Part shown: piece after piece, positions 35,076-43,668 of the stretch
Numbering within the stretch: position 1 is the stretch's first letter
Layout: the number at the start of each line of letters is the position of its first letter
From: Candidatus Berkelbacteria bacterium
GTDB lineage: Bacteria > Patescibacteriota > UBA1384 > 2-12-FULL-50-11
Direction: 5' to 3'
Length of the DNA: 46,879 bases
NCBI GenBank assembly: GCA_024654065.1
Contig: JANLIQ010000017.1
Location: 1-46,879 of the forward strand
Position numbers and translations under genes: made by a program
The notes under the pieces: model-generated
Seen by the model: only the letters and a program-made list of their open reading frames with translations
Told to the model about the DNA's origin: nothing
Database searches by the model: none

Positions 35076-35639
35076 CTACCTGCGTTTTGCCATAGCAAGG
35101 TCGTGGAGTTCGCTCTCAGACAATAGTGCTAACCAAAAGCAAACCTTCCAGGACAGCTCTTGCTCCTCTGACAAGTCGTCTGAGAGACCCAGAAGCTGAT
35201 AGACCTGATCGATCGGCACTGGTCGCGCGTCTTGCTGGACGTCCCAAGCAAACTCTGTCGACATGTAGTCTCCCCCGCCTAGCCTCTTCCCGAGCTTAAC
35301 AGTGAAGACCGGCTCGCCATAGAAGCTTGGGCGAAGCGGCCAGTCACTTAAGAGTCGCCAACGATCACGGAATAGCAGCCTGGCTATAACCATCTCGTCC
35401 TTCTTGGTCCACTCTTTCAATAAGCTGTGAACTTCGTAGAGTAAGGCGATCCATCGGGCGACATTCCGTTCGGCATTCAAGGTGTAGAGCTGAACCTTAG
35501 CGCTACGAAGAGCAAGGCGTAGAGCGCTGGGCTCTCTTGGCAGAATCACGCTGAGCCACCACAGGTGAAGTCGAAGCCTTAGGCGGCCACGAAACACTTT
35601 TGTTGACACATCGTCGAAGCAATCAATGGAAAGGGACAT
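35076..35639 (-). CDS. GC-rich orphan protein (Arg/Leu/Trp-rich), unknown function
   Basis: ~60% GC. AGGAGG SD lies 6 nt upstream of the ATG. Bracketed by element copies 4 and 5. No motif recognised. Confidence 0.55.
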   Translation of the reverse strand: MSLSIDCFDDVSTKVFRGRLRLRLHLWWLSVILPREPSALRLALRSAKVQLYTLNAERNVARWIALLYEVHSLLKEWTKKDEMVIARLLFRDRWRLLSDWPLRPSFYGEPVFTVKLGKRLGGGDYMSTEFAWDVQQDARPVPIDQVYQLLGLSDDLSEEQELSWKVCFWLALLSESELHDLAMAKRR

Positions 35640-35784
35640 CGTGGCCTCCTATTTGGTTCTCGGATACTACAGGAATTTCGGCAAAAAGTCAACCCATGTT
35701 TTCGATTTTGTAGATTCTAGACTGCCGATACTACCTGGAAGTGGTGCGTTGGGTCTGGAATTTGCAATTCGCCCAGAGGCTCTT

Positions 35785-35812
35785 TTCTACTCCCGAACCT
35801 AAAAATGTCGAG
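35785..35812 (-). repeat. cassette promoter element, copy 5 (-10 is TAGAAA)
   Basis: Minus strand reads CTCGACATTTTTAGGTTCGGGAGTAGAA. It lies ~145 nt upstream of the orphan ATG. A further TAGAAT-containing partial copy is at 35712-35722. Confidence 0.7.
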
Positions 35813-35821
35813 ACCATTTTC

Positions 35822-35849
35822 TTGCAAATAGAATTACTAACGAGATAAT
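35822..35849 (+). promoter_or_regulatory. promoter TTGCAA-16-GATAAT, 6 nt from the ATG
   Basis: Read directly from the sequence. The ATG is at 35856. Confidence 0.55.
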
Positions 35850-35855
35850 TGGGCC

Positions 35856-36377
35856 ATGGATCTCAAGGAGCATCGGCGAGCGTATACAAAGGGGATGAAG
35901 AAAACGACGCTGGGGATTATCCGGAAGCCATCGGGCGAAGTTTGTTTAGCGATGAAAAAGCGTGGTTTTGGCGCCGGCAAGTGGAATTTCTCTGGCGGTA
36001 AGGTCCTGCTCGACGAGACACCCGAGCAATGTCTAGTTCGCGAGACCAAGGAAGAGTTTGGGGTAAAGATGAGCAACCTTCGACCGGTTGGTGTTCTCTA
36101 TTTCTATTTTTCCGATGTTCCAATTGAGAAAAATTGGAATCAAAAATGCTATGTCTTTGAGGCAGAAAATTGCGACGGTGAGCCACAAGAAAGTGAGGAG
36201 ATGCTCCCGAAGTGGTGGCGCCGAGACGCAATTCCATACCCAAAAATGTGGCAGGAGGATGAGTATTGGATCGAGCCCGTTCTCGACGAGCAGGTTTTAA
36301 CTGGCTACTTTCTCTTCACCTCAAGAGACGTCTGCTTGGAAAAAGAAATCGTAATAGGCAAAATTATCGACGAGTGA
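35856..36377 (+). CDS. NUDIX hydrolase, MutT/MTH1-like (oxidised nucleotide sanitiser)
   Basis: Contains KRGFGAGKWNFSGGKV and the Nudix box GGKVLLDETPEQCLVRETKEEFGV. Confidence 0.8.
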   Translation: MDLKEHRRAYTKGMKKTTLGIIRKPSGEVCLAMKKRGFGAGKWNFSGGKVLLDETPEQCLVRETKEEFGVKMSNLRPVGVLYFYFSDVPIEKNWNQKCYVFEAENCDGEPQESEEMLPKWWRRDAIPYPKMWQEDEYWIEPVLDEQVLTGYFLFTSRDVCLEKEIVIGKIIDE

Positions 36378-36379
36378 AT

Positions 36380-36961
36380 TCAGCGCGGTCGCCAGTTTTT
36401 GTTTAAATCTTCTTCTGTGACGCGGAAAATGGTTTCGTGATCGCCAGGCTTGAGACTATGGAGTTTGCAGAGTTCTAGGCCGCATTCACGCTTCTCTTTC
36501 TCTTTGGACTCCTTCTCTTTTAATATTTCTGGCGGAAAAGAAAAGTCGGTGTTGATGAGCTCACAGTTATAGTCTGGTCCAAGTACCAGTTCGAGTGTCC
36601 AAAGAGCCCTCTGACCCATCGGATAGACACTTACAAGGGCAATTCGGGTCCAATTATTCGGTATAAGAAATTTCTTTTTAATGAAATAGGCATTAGTGAC
36701 GGTGGTGTACGCTTCTTCTTCTAGCAGTATCGCCTTTTCAGGTAAGCCAAGATTTTTGGCGTAGTTTGCCATCGCTCGGGCTTCGGTGGTTGGCGGGGTG
36801 TAGTCGAGGGTGTATGTCCACTTACCGCTAAAGATTATTTTGTCGGCTTGGCCGGAATCATAGAGCTTAACGGCTTCCTCAACTGTAGATTTAGCACTTT
36901 CTGATGTTGACCCGTCTTTATACACCCCTCTGCCAAAAACCAAAATTGCATCATATTTCAT
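36380..36961 (-). CDS. DUF218/YdcF-like protein
   Basis: Begins ILVFGRGV.. and carries conserved YdcF-like core features. 193 aa. Confidence 0.55.
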   Translation of the reverse strand: MKYDAILVFGRGVYKDGSTSESAKSTVEEAVKLYDSGQADKIIFSGKWTYTLDYTPPTTEARAMANYAKNLGLPEKAILLEEEAYTTVTNAYFIKKKFLIPNNWTRIALVSVYPMGQRALWTLELVLGPDYNCELINTDFSFPPEILKEKESKEKEKRECGLELCKLHSLKPGDHETIFRVTEEDLNKNWRPR

Positions 36962-36984
36962 AACGTTAAATTGTTAGTTTAGTC

Positions 36985-37641
36985 CTAGACATTACTTAAC
37001 AGTTCGAGAAATTTCTGATCAGTCAATAAGGAGTGGGTTAATGATATGATGCTCGTTCCTTCATCCCATTTACTGGCAATATACTGCCGAACTTCTTGAT
37101 GTTGAAGGTATCCTTTGTCTTCCCGTTCGATTAGATCACCAAATTCCAGATTGAGTAAAACCGTTAAAGACTCTTTGTATTCGTTGTACAGCTGGGGGCT
37201 GATATTTAATTTGATGTATTTATGAGTGAAAAGGTGTAGTAGCTCGTGGATGCAGACCATATTTGGTTCGGCGCTAAACAAATTGAGAAAAAAGTAATCC
37301 TCTTGAGTATTGTAGCTACAGCGTTCATTGAGACTAAGATAACAGGCGAACTCCGTGTCATCGTTTTGTGCCTCAAAAAGCTTGGTAAGGCGTTCAAAAA
37401 CGTCTGTATCTACGGCTTGCCATCCATCAGAAAACTGTCGAATCTTTTCTTCGGCAGATATTCCCTCTTCAGTTACAATTTTTCGGCAGGCGGCAGTGAC
37501 GGTCACTTCGGAGTTGATATCGACACCTAACTCTTTGAGTTTTCTACTAAAGTCTGAGGGGCGACTACGATTAAGCGATCTATTGCCAGCTTGCAGATTA
37601 AGGAACTCTTTTTCGGCTTCGTACCGGAATACTAAACGCAT
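36985..37641 (-). CDS. HExxH-motif protein (putative zinc metallopeptidase-like), unknown family
   Basis: Contains IHELLHLFTH. Its ATG overlaps the HIT stop codon. Confidence 0.5.
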   Translation of the reverse strand: MRLVFRYEAEKEFLNLQAGNRSLNRSRPSDFSRKLKELGVDINSEVTVTAACRKIVTEEGISAEEKIRQFSDGWQAVDTDVFERLTKLFEAQNDDTEFACYLSLNERCSYNTQEDYFFLNLFSAEPNMVCIHELLHLFTHKYIKLNISPQLYNEYKESLTVLLNLEFGDLIEREDKGYLQHQEVRQYIASKWDEGTSIISLTHSLLTDQKFLELLSNV

Positions 37642-37973
37642 TAATACATTCCTTTGGCAGGAGCGCCACCAAGCAGGTGGAGGTGGACGTGGTCTATCTC
37701 TTGCCCTGCGTGCTTGCCGACATTAAACAATAAACGGTAACCAGTTTCTTTCACTCCAAGAATCTGGGCGATTTCTTCGCTTCCAGTGAGCATATCCCCT
37801 ATCTCTTCCGGTCGTAGCTCCTCTGGTCTTTCAACGTGTCGTTTTGGAACAATCAGTACGTGGACGGGGGCTTTCGGGTGAATATCTCTGAAAGCAATAT
37901 AATGGCTAGTTTCTATTACTTTTTCACACGGAAGTTCTTCTGAAATAATCTTACAAAACAAACAGTTTTCCAT
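37641..37973 (-). CDS. HIT-family (histidine triad) nucleotide hydrolase/transferase
   Basis: Contains CLFCKII and HVHLHLLGG. Start is taken at MENCLF; the track GTG at 37982 is possible. Confidence 0.85.
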   Translation of the reverse strand: MENCLFCKIISEELPCEKVIETSHYIAFRDIHPKAPVHVLIVPKRHVERPEELRPEEIGDMLTGSEEIAQILGVKETGYRLLFNVGKHAGQEIDHVHLHLLGGAPAKGMY

Positions 37974-38009
37974 TATGGTCACATCTTACCAAAATAGTAC
38001 CTAAACTCA

Positions 38010-38038
38010 TTGACATATACTTTCGTATCTGTTAGAAT
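38010..38038 (+). promoter_or_regulatory. consensus-like promoter TTGACA-17-TAGAAT
   Basis: Read directly from the sequence. It lies ~75 nt upstream of the transglycosylase gene. Confidence 0.65.
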
Positions 38039-38113
38039 TCTCATTACTTCCGCTGGGAAGCTTTTCCGTTAGTCATTGGGTAACTGATGCAGGAAGTATA
38101 ACCAGAGGATGCA

Positions 38114-38809
38114 ATGAGAAAGAATATGAAAAAAACCTTGTTTGGTCGTTTGACCAAACTTCAAGGGAGGATTACTAAGTTCGTTAAAAAATCGCGAGAC
38201 AGCCGACGTTTCATCTTAACGATGGTCGCCGTCTGGACTATAATCCCTGCTCTTTCTGTCAATGCGGCTGATAGCAACATCACCCCAATTGAGCCAATTG
38301 TTACTAATGTAACGGTTGGACAAAATCTTCAGATCGAGCAACCTAAATTCTCTGTCGAGCTTCGTCAATCTCCTCGCCAGATAGCTAAAAAGAAAGAGGA
38401 AATCCGATTGGCAACCGCTGTTATTCAAACAACAATTAGCGGAACCGACGAAGAGAAACGTGTATGGGCTCAAAAAGCTGCTCAAACTTGGGGAATTGAC
38501 TGGAAATTGCTTTGGGCTGTATGGAAGGTTGAATCTGGTACTCAAATGAGTACTGCCGTTCGATCTTATGCCGGTGCTCAAGGACCACTTCAATTCATGC
38601 CAGGTACGTGGCGAGCATATGCTCAAGACGGAAATGGTGACGGTGTTAAGAACATTAACGACGCCCGGGATAGTCTGTTTGGAGCTGCTAAGTTATTAGC
38701 AGTTAACGGTGCTGCTTCAGGAAATGTTGACGGAGCCTTGCTTCGCTACAATCATTCCCTTAGTTATGTAGCCCATGTCAAACGGATTGCTGCCTCAATT
38801 GGTGGCTAA
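38114..38809 (+). CDS. membrane-anchored lytic transglycosylase (SLT/MltB-like domain)
   Basis: Contains GAQGPLQFMPGTWRAYAQDGNGDG and a TM anchor. Confidence 0.8.
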   Translation: MRKNMKKTLFGRLTKLQGRITKFVKKSRDSRRFILTMVAVWTIIPALSVNAADSNITPIEPIVTNVTVGQNLQIEQPKFSVELRQSPRQIAKKKEEIRLATAVIQTTISGTDEEKRVWAQKAAQTWGIDWKLLWAVWKVESGTQMSTAVRSYAGAQGPLQFMPGTWRAYAQDGNGDGVKNINDARDSLFGAAKLLAVNGAASGNVDGALLRYNHSLSYVAHVKRIAASIGG

Positions 38810-38835
38810 AATCGCGAAATGAACAAACAAGAAGT

Positions 38836-38864
38836 CCCTGCAGAAAATGCGGGGCTTTTTGTTT
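38836..38864 (+). terminator. intrinsic terminator
   Basis: CCCTGC-AGAAAAT-GCGGGG followed by CTTTTTGTTT. Confidence 0.65.
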
Positions 38865-38876
38865 GAGAAGTTCTAT

Positions 38877-39203
38877 CTACTCCTTTAATCTAAACCAAAT
38901 TATTTTTACGATAGTTTCGGGGCCAATGGATTGATCGTAGTAGTCAGAAAAAGATGCGTACATTTCTTCGTTGCTTCCATACTTTTCATGTCCCTTGATC
39001 TCTTCTTTTTTCAATTTACCCATCTGTCTCTCTAGAACCTTAGTGACCACTGCTCGGGTAAACACTTCTCTCGTATTAGCATTTACGAATTCAATTTCGT
39101 CATCCTTTTGGATGTTTTTATCATCAAACAAACGCCATGTTGAGTATTTCTTACCAGATAAGACGCAAGAAACCAGCTCTTCTCTGAATTTAAGAGACTT
39201 CAT
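38877..39203 (-). CDS. ASCH-domain protein
   Basis: 108 aa with an ASCH-like N-terminus (KFREELVSCVLSGKKYSTWRL). Confidence 0.6.
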   Translation of the reverse strand: MKSLKFREELVSCVLSGKKYSTWRLFDDKNIQKDDEIEFVNANTREVFTRAVVTKVLERQMGKLKKEEIKGHEKYGSNEEMYASFSDYYDQSIGPETIVKIIWFRLKE

Positions 39204-39243
39204 CGTTCCATTCTAAGTGATGAACCGAGTTTGCAACAGAGGG

Positions 39244-40332
39244 CTATACGCTTGGTGCAACTATTGATCCGTCTTGAGGTAGAATCTCGACCCAAATCTT
39301 TCCACGATTAAGTGGAATTTCGACTCCCTGACTATCATAAAATCTGGTTCGTTCCAGACGTGATGGTTTCTTCCAGGTTCCTTCTGTCCGCGTGCCGTCC
39401 TGGAAAACGCTAGCCGCTCCCGAGCCGATTGTGGTCATTGTCCATTCAGATTCTTTGCCAGTTCCGGCGTAAGGAGGATTTGCCGAGTGACTTACGGTCA
39501 TCACAACAATAGATTTAGCTGTAATCTGTTCACCAGATACCCTGTCGTTGTGATTTACACTATTCATTACCCGACTATACGTATTCGCAGTCGAGTCATG
39601 TGTCCAAACAGTTTGAAATTGAGTCGTTGAGAAATTCAGTGTTATTTTAGGCACCGTACCAAAGGTCGTAGCCTGTTCCTTAAATTTCCAGCTGGGAGTT
39701 GTGTAAGTAGAGGGCCATTTTTTATTACTTACTCCTAAATTATAGATCTTGGATACATCAACAAATAAGGTGTGTTCACTAGCAATACCAGCTTGGGGTA
39801 TTCGAGTGTAGGCGTCATTAGAATGAGGGTAGTCTTTAATGCCGTATGAACTAATACGAGACAGTGCTGCTGGTGAACCACCGGCGTGAGCATAAAATGC
39901 ATCATACTCACTTAGCCAATCAATAAAATATGATCTTGCGGAACGAACTGGTCCAGCCTTAGTTGGATAATTCTGAGAAAAGATTCCCATAAATCTAGTT
40001 ATGCCACCTTCAGTTACTGCCTCATAGACGATATCAGCACTATTTAATCCAGCCTGAGGTCGAGCATCGGGTGAATTTTCGATCATAACGGCGACGGGAT
40101 GACGGTTAGCAATATCGGCAGTTACCATGACGCCATTAGTTAAACTCGCAACCAAATTTGTCGAGTTCTTTTTGTTGAGGGTAATATTGGGTGTTTCTTC
40201 GGTAGAATTTGGCTTGGTAATAATCCAGAAAATTGCGGCAACGGCTACAACAATAAGTATCGGCAAAACAATCACAAAGAACTTTTTATGATTAATGAAA
40301 AATAACTTAAATCGACTCGTTTCCCCCTCCAT
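39244..40332 (-). CDS. DUF3048 (YerB-like) exported protein
   Basis: TM anchor followed by HPVAVMIENSPDARPQAGLNSADIVYEAVTEGGITRF, which is typical of DUF3048. Confidence 0.75.
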   Translation of the reverse strand: MEGETSRFKLFFINHKKFFVIVLPILIVVAVAAIFWIITKPNSTEETPNITLNKKNSTNLVASLTNGVMVTADIANRHPVAVMIENSPDARPQAGLNSADIVYEAVTEGGITRFMGIFSQNYPTKAGPVRSARSYFIDWLSEYDAFYAHAGGSPAALSRISSYGIKDYPHSNDAYTRIPQAGIASEHTLFVDVSKIYNLGVSNKKWPSTYTTPSWKFKEQATTFGTVPKITLNFSTTQFQTVWTHDSTANTYSRVMNSVNHNDRVSGEQITAKSIVVMTVSHSANPPYAGTGKESEWTMTTIGSGAASVFQDGTRTEGTWKKPSRLERTRFYDSQGVEIPLNRGKIWVEILPQDGSIVAPSV

Positions 40333-40422
40333 TACCTTACGCTACCAGCAAATGTTTTTTATGCCAAGAGAGGTGACAGCAGCGTAATTATATGCTACTA
40401 TTCTTACGATCAATATCGCGAG

Positions 40423-40926
40423 GTGAGGTGTACATTGAAAAAAATATCAGTCAAGGATCGAGTGCTGGTGCTTTGTCCCGGTCTCAGAGTCAAGGGCGGT
40501 ACTCAGTTTACCGATGATGACGCGGTTTTCTGTCCTGGAATCGGCGAACAGATTCCGGCCGCTGTCAGTCATTTGGACTCAGCCAAATCGCTCAAAGTAG
40601 TTTGGTCACCTGAGCTGTGTGATGACCGAGCACAGCTGTGGCTAAAAGAAACAGTTCCGGTGCTGGAGCGGTTCCGTTTGACGGAAAAGCTTCATACGCT
40701 AGCTCCACGCTCTTTCCGCGGAGAATTGGGTGGTGGCACCATCGTCTATGAATCGAAGGATGTCCTGCTGGCAGAGTTCTTCGAACTCCTTACGACTTTG
40801 CGGAGTATGAGCAATTCGGCGAGAATCGTTTATCAGCGTTGTGCCAAAAGGCATCGAGACGAAGAGGAGAGAACCAACGACATGCATCGCCGACAGGGGG
40901 ATGAATACGCCCGTAATCACGGCTAG
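40423..40926 (+). CDS. orphan protein with elevated GC, unknown function
   Basis: Sampled stretches are ~48-53% GC. It is the only plus-strand gene between two minus-strand housekeeping genes. The start is ambiguous: GTG 40423, or TTG 40435 behind GGTGAGGTG. Confidence 0.4.
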   Translation: MRCTLKKISVKDRVLVLCPGLRVKGGTQFTDDDAVFCPGIGEQIPAAVSHLDSAKSLKVVWSPELCDDRAQLWLKETVPVLERFRLTEKLHTLAPRSFRGELGGGTIVYESKDVLLAEFFELLTTLRSMSNSARIVYQRCAKRHRDEEERTNDMHRRQGDEYARNHG

Positions 40927-40932
40927 GTCCAA

Positions 40933-42288
40933 CTACTGCCTCATTAGCTGCCGGGCAATTTGCTCGGCGGCTAACTTATCTTCCTGATCGAGTTGGTTAT
41001 CTAAAACTAACTGGAGTAAATGTTCTTTAATTGGTTTAATCCAAACTCCTGCAGGACGGTGAAATATCTTCATTAATTCTTCACCATCTAGAGGACTATG
41101 GATTTTGGCAATTTCAGCTTGTTTTTCTAGTTCAACTATCCGATCTCTCAATTCGGCTCGCATCTGTTTATACTTTTCTAATTTACGTTCATTGCCACCA
41201 GTAGAATCTGCCTCGGCAAAAGTAAACAAATCTTCAAGAGTTTGATTGGCATCACGAACGAATCTTCGAACTGCTCCGTCAGTCCAGTGGCCATCGTTGT
41301 TAGGAATCCGTTGGTGCAAATAAACAAGCTTTGAAAGATAGTCAATAAATTCATTACCGTATTTCAAGCGACGTAATATGTCTTTTGTTAATCTCGCACC
41401 AACTACCTCGTGACCCAAGAAATGGTATTCACCGCCTATCTTCTGACGAGTTAAGGGTTTTGCGATGTCGTGCAAAAGAGCACACCAACGCAACTCAAGC
41501 TTAGCTGGTGTCTGGTCAAGCACTTGTAATATATGACTGTAGATATCTTTGTGTTCAGCGGGATCAAATTCTAGGTCGATACATGGAATTAGCTCTGGCA
41601 AGATATAATTAATTAAGCCACTTTCGACTAACAGATCTATTCCACGGCTTGGTTTAGGACTAAGTAAAATTTTATCCATTTCTTGTGAGATGCGTTCAAC
41701 TGAAAGGATAGCAAATCTTTCTCGCTCGAGATTAATCGCCTGAAATGTATTATGTTCAATTTCGAAATCTAATGTTACGGCAAAACGAATAGCCCGTAAC
41801 ATACGAAGCGGATCTTCCCGAAAACGACTTTCTGGGTCGCCTACTGCTCTTATTACTCGTGCTTTCAAATCTTGTTCCCCGTTATGATTATCTATTACCC
41901 GGTTGAATCTTAAATCGTACGCTATAGCATTAATTGTAAAATCTCGTCTTGAAAGATCTTCATTGATAGAATTGCCGAATTCGACAGTTGGCTTCCGACT
42001 GTGTTCCTCGTAGCTTTCTCCTCGGAAAGTCGTAATTTCAATTGCATTGCCATTTAGATCTGCGGTAACAGTACCAAATCTTTTTCCTATTAAACCAATT
42101 TTTTTAGTTTTTTGACGTAAAATCTTCTCAACTTCCGATGGTTTGGCATCGGTAGCTAGATCCCACTCCCCTACCTTCCGACCAAGTAGTTCATCTCGAA
42201 TTGCTCCACCAACTATATATAGCTGATGTCCAGAATCGGCAAAGGCTTCTTCTAACGACTCTAACCAAGCCGGCACACTTACTGGCAT
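40933..42288 (-). CDS. cca: CCA-adding tRNA nucleotidyltransferase with HD domain
   Basis: Contains LYIVGGAIRDELLGR and RDFTINA. The HD region is LLHDIAKP. Confidence 0.88.
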   Translation of the reverse strand: MPVSVPAWLESLEEAFADSGHQLYIVGGAIRDELLGRKVGEWDLATDAKPSEVEKILRQKTKKIGLIGKRFGTVTADLNGNAIEITTFRGESYEEHSRKPTVEFGNSINEDLSRRDFTINAIAYDLRFNRVIDNHNGEQDLKARVIRAVGDPESRFREDPLRMLRAIRFAVTLDFEIEHNTFQAINLERERFAILSVERISQEMDKILLSPKPSRGIDLLVESGLINYILPELIPCIDLEFDPAEHKDIYSHILQVLDQTPAKLELRWCALLHDIAKPLTRQKIGGEYHFLGHEVVGARLTKDILRRLKYGNEFIDYLSKLVYLHQRIPNNDGHWTDGAVRRFVRDANQTLEDLFTFAEADSTGGNERKLEKYKQMRAELRDRIVELEKQAEIAKIHSPLDGEELMKIFHRPAGVWIKPIKEHLLQLVLDNQLDQEDKLAAEQIARQLMRQ

Positions 42289-42369
42289 GGTTGTCTTTAA
42301 CGAGTTAACCCAATGCCAAAAACAACTGAACCTAAAATAAGAAACACAATCATCAACCAGATGACATAT

Positions 42370-43665
42370 TTAACCATTGCTTTTTATTGTAGCTGAAGAT
42401 TGGGACACCTGATAGCAGGTGGTCGACATGGCTAATAGCATTAAAATTAATAGTGACGTTGTTGCTCCCGAAAGGGGTAATTGGAGTGAGTAAATAAAAA
42501 CTAAAATAAATACAAGTAGTTGAACCATAAATCGCCAAAATGAATCAAAAACTCCAAGATGATTAATCTTTCGGTAAGATAAACCAACTAAAAATCCTGC
42601 CCCATACCCACTTAAGCTAGCAGCTAGTAGTCGAGCCATATTTTCGCCCGTAACGCCAAATAAACCCCAGATAATTATCCAACTAATAGCGGCAATGATT
42701 ATCAATCCTGCGAAATAACCAACGAATTCGATCTGACCTGGCTGAATTGGTAAATATGAAAATTTATCTAAAAAGGAGAAAGAAAACTTTACTAAACGTG
42801 TGATAATTAGCGCTGACAGACCAGCTAGGGTGAGTCCAACTATTGTTAACCAATTAATTTGCCAATTATTAACTAGAATTCGCGACAATAACAAGATAAT
42901 AAAGCTACCAAAATAAATAATAAAAACTTTATCTCGCAAAATGCGCAGAGAGCTAACAATAAGTAAACTTCCCATGCCAGTGAAGCTTGGCATGGGACTA
43001 TCAAACCTTGAAATACTGACATAACGAGATGTTTCTAGTTGACGCTGCCACGGCTTGGTAAACTCTGCTATCGAAGCAATCACTCCAAGCAAACCAACCG
43101 CAATCATTAAGACGATTGCTTGAGTTTCAAGATCGTTTGATAGCATCGCTTGAGTTAAATTATTTACAAATAAGTTGTTGATGATTAAAAGCCAATAAAG
43201 TGTGAGCAATAACAGTGGTATTCCCCATTGCTTGGGTAAGTGGTTACAAAGTGATCCAACAATAGTTGCACTAAGCACTAATAATAAAGTACTAATGACA
43301 CTTAGCAGTACCCCTTCGCTAGAAATCTGCTGAACTGACAAGAATACAATTAGAGGTAAACCAATTACTAACCACGTAATCCCAGTAATCCAGGTGGTCG
43401 ATTGTCGGACAGACGAAGGAATAATGAACGAATAATGCACCTTGTTGATTGATGGCCGATAACAATAACCAATTACAATTGCTCCAGATAAAAACAAGGG
43501 AATAAGATTCATTAATGAGGATGATTCTGGCTCAACAACTCCAATTATTTGGGTTGCTAGCCACCCAAAACTAAGGACAACAAGCACTGTCAACCAATCG
43601 ATCAAACTCAATTGGACAAAAACTAATTTAATTCGAGTTGTCCAGTTAAGGCTACTAGTTCCCAT
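42370..43665 (-). CDS. polytopic membrane protein, putative ABC permease partner
   Basis: 431 aa with about 10-12 hydrophobic segments. Starts 4 nt after the ATPase gene. Confidence 0.6.
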   Translation of the reverse strand: MGTSSLNWTTRIKLVFVQLSLIDWLTVLVVLSFGWLATQIIGVVEPESSSLMNLIPLFLSGAIVIGYCYRPSINKVHYSFIIPSSVRQSTTWITGITWLVIGLPLIVFLSVQQISSEGVLLSVISTLLLVLSATIVGSLCNHLPKQWGIPLLLLTLYWLLIINNLFVNNLTQAMLSNDLETQAIVLMIAVGLLGVIASIAEFTKPWQRQLETSRYVSISRFDSPMPSFTGMGSLLIVSSLRILRDKVFIIYFGSFIILLLSRILVNNWQINWLTIVGLTLAGLSALIITRLVKFSFSFLDKFSYLPIQPGQIEFVGYFAGLIIIAAISWIIIWGLFGVTGENMARLLAASLSGYGAGFLVGLSYRKINHLGVFDSFWRFMVQLLVFILVFIYSLQLPLSGATTSLLILMLLAMSTTCYQVSQSSATIKSNG

Positions 43666-43668
43666 CGA

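Noticed and set aside
32231-35812. Integron-like attC array as an explanation of the 29-bp repeats.
   Set aside because: No integrase gene is in view. The repeats lack the imperfect-palindrome R''/L''..L'/R' organisation of attC and sit upstream of genes as functional-looking promoters. The cassette-boundary idea is kept only as a hypothesis.
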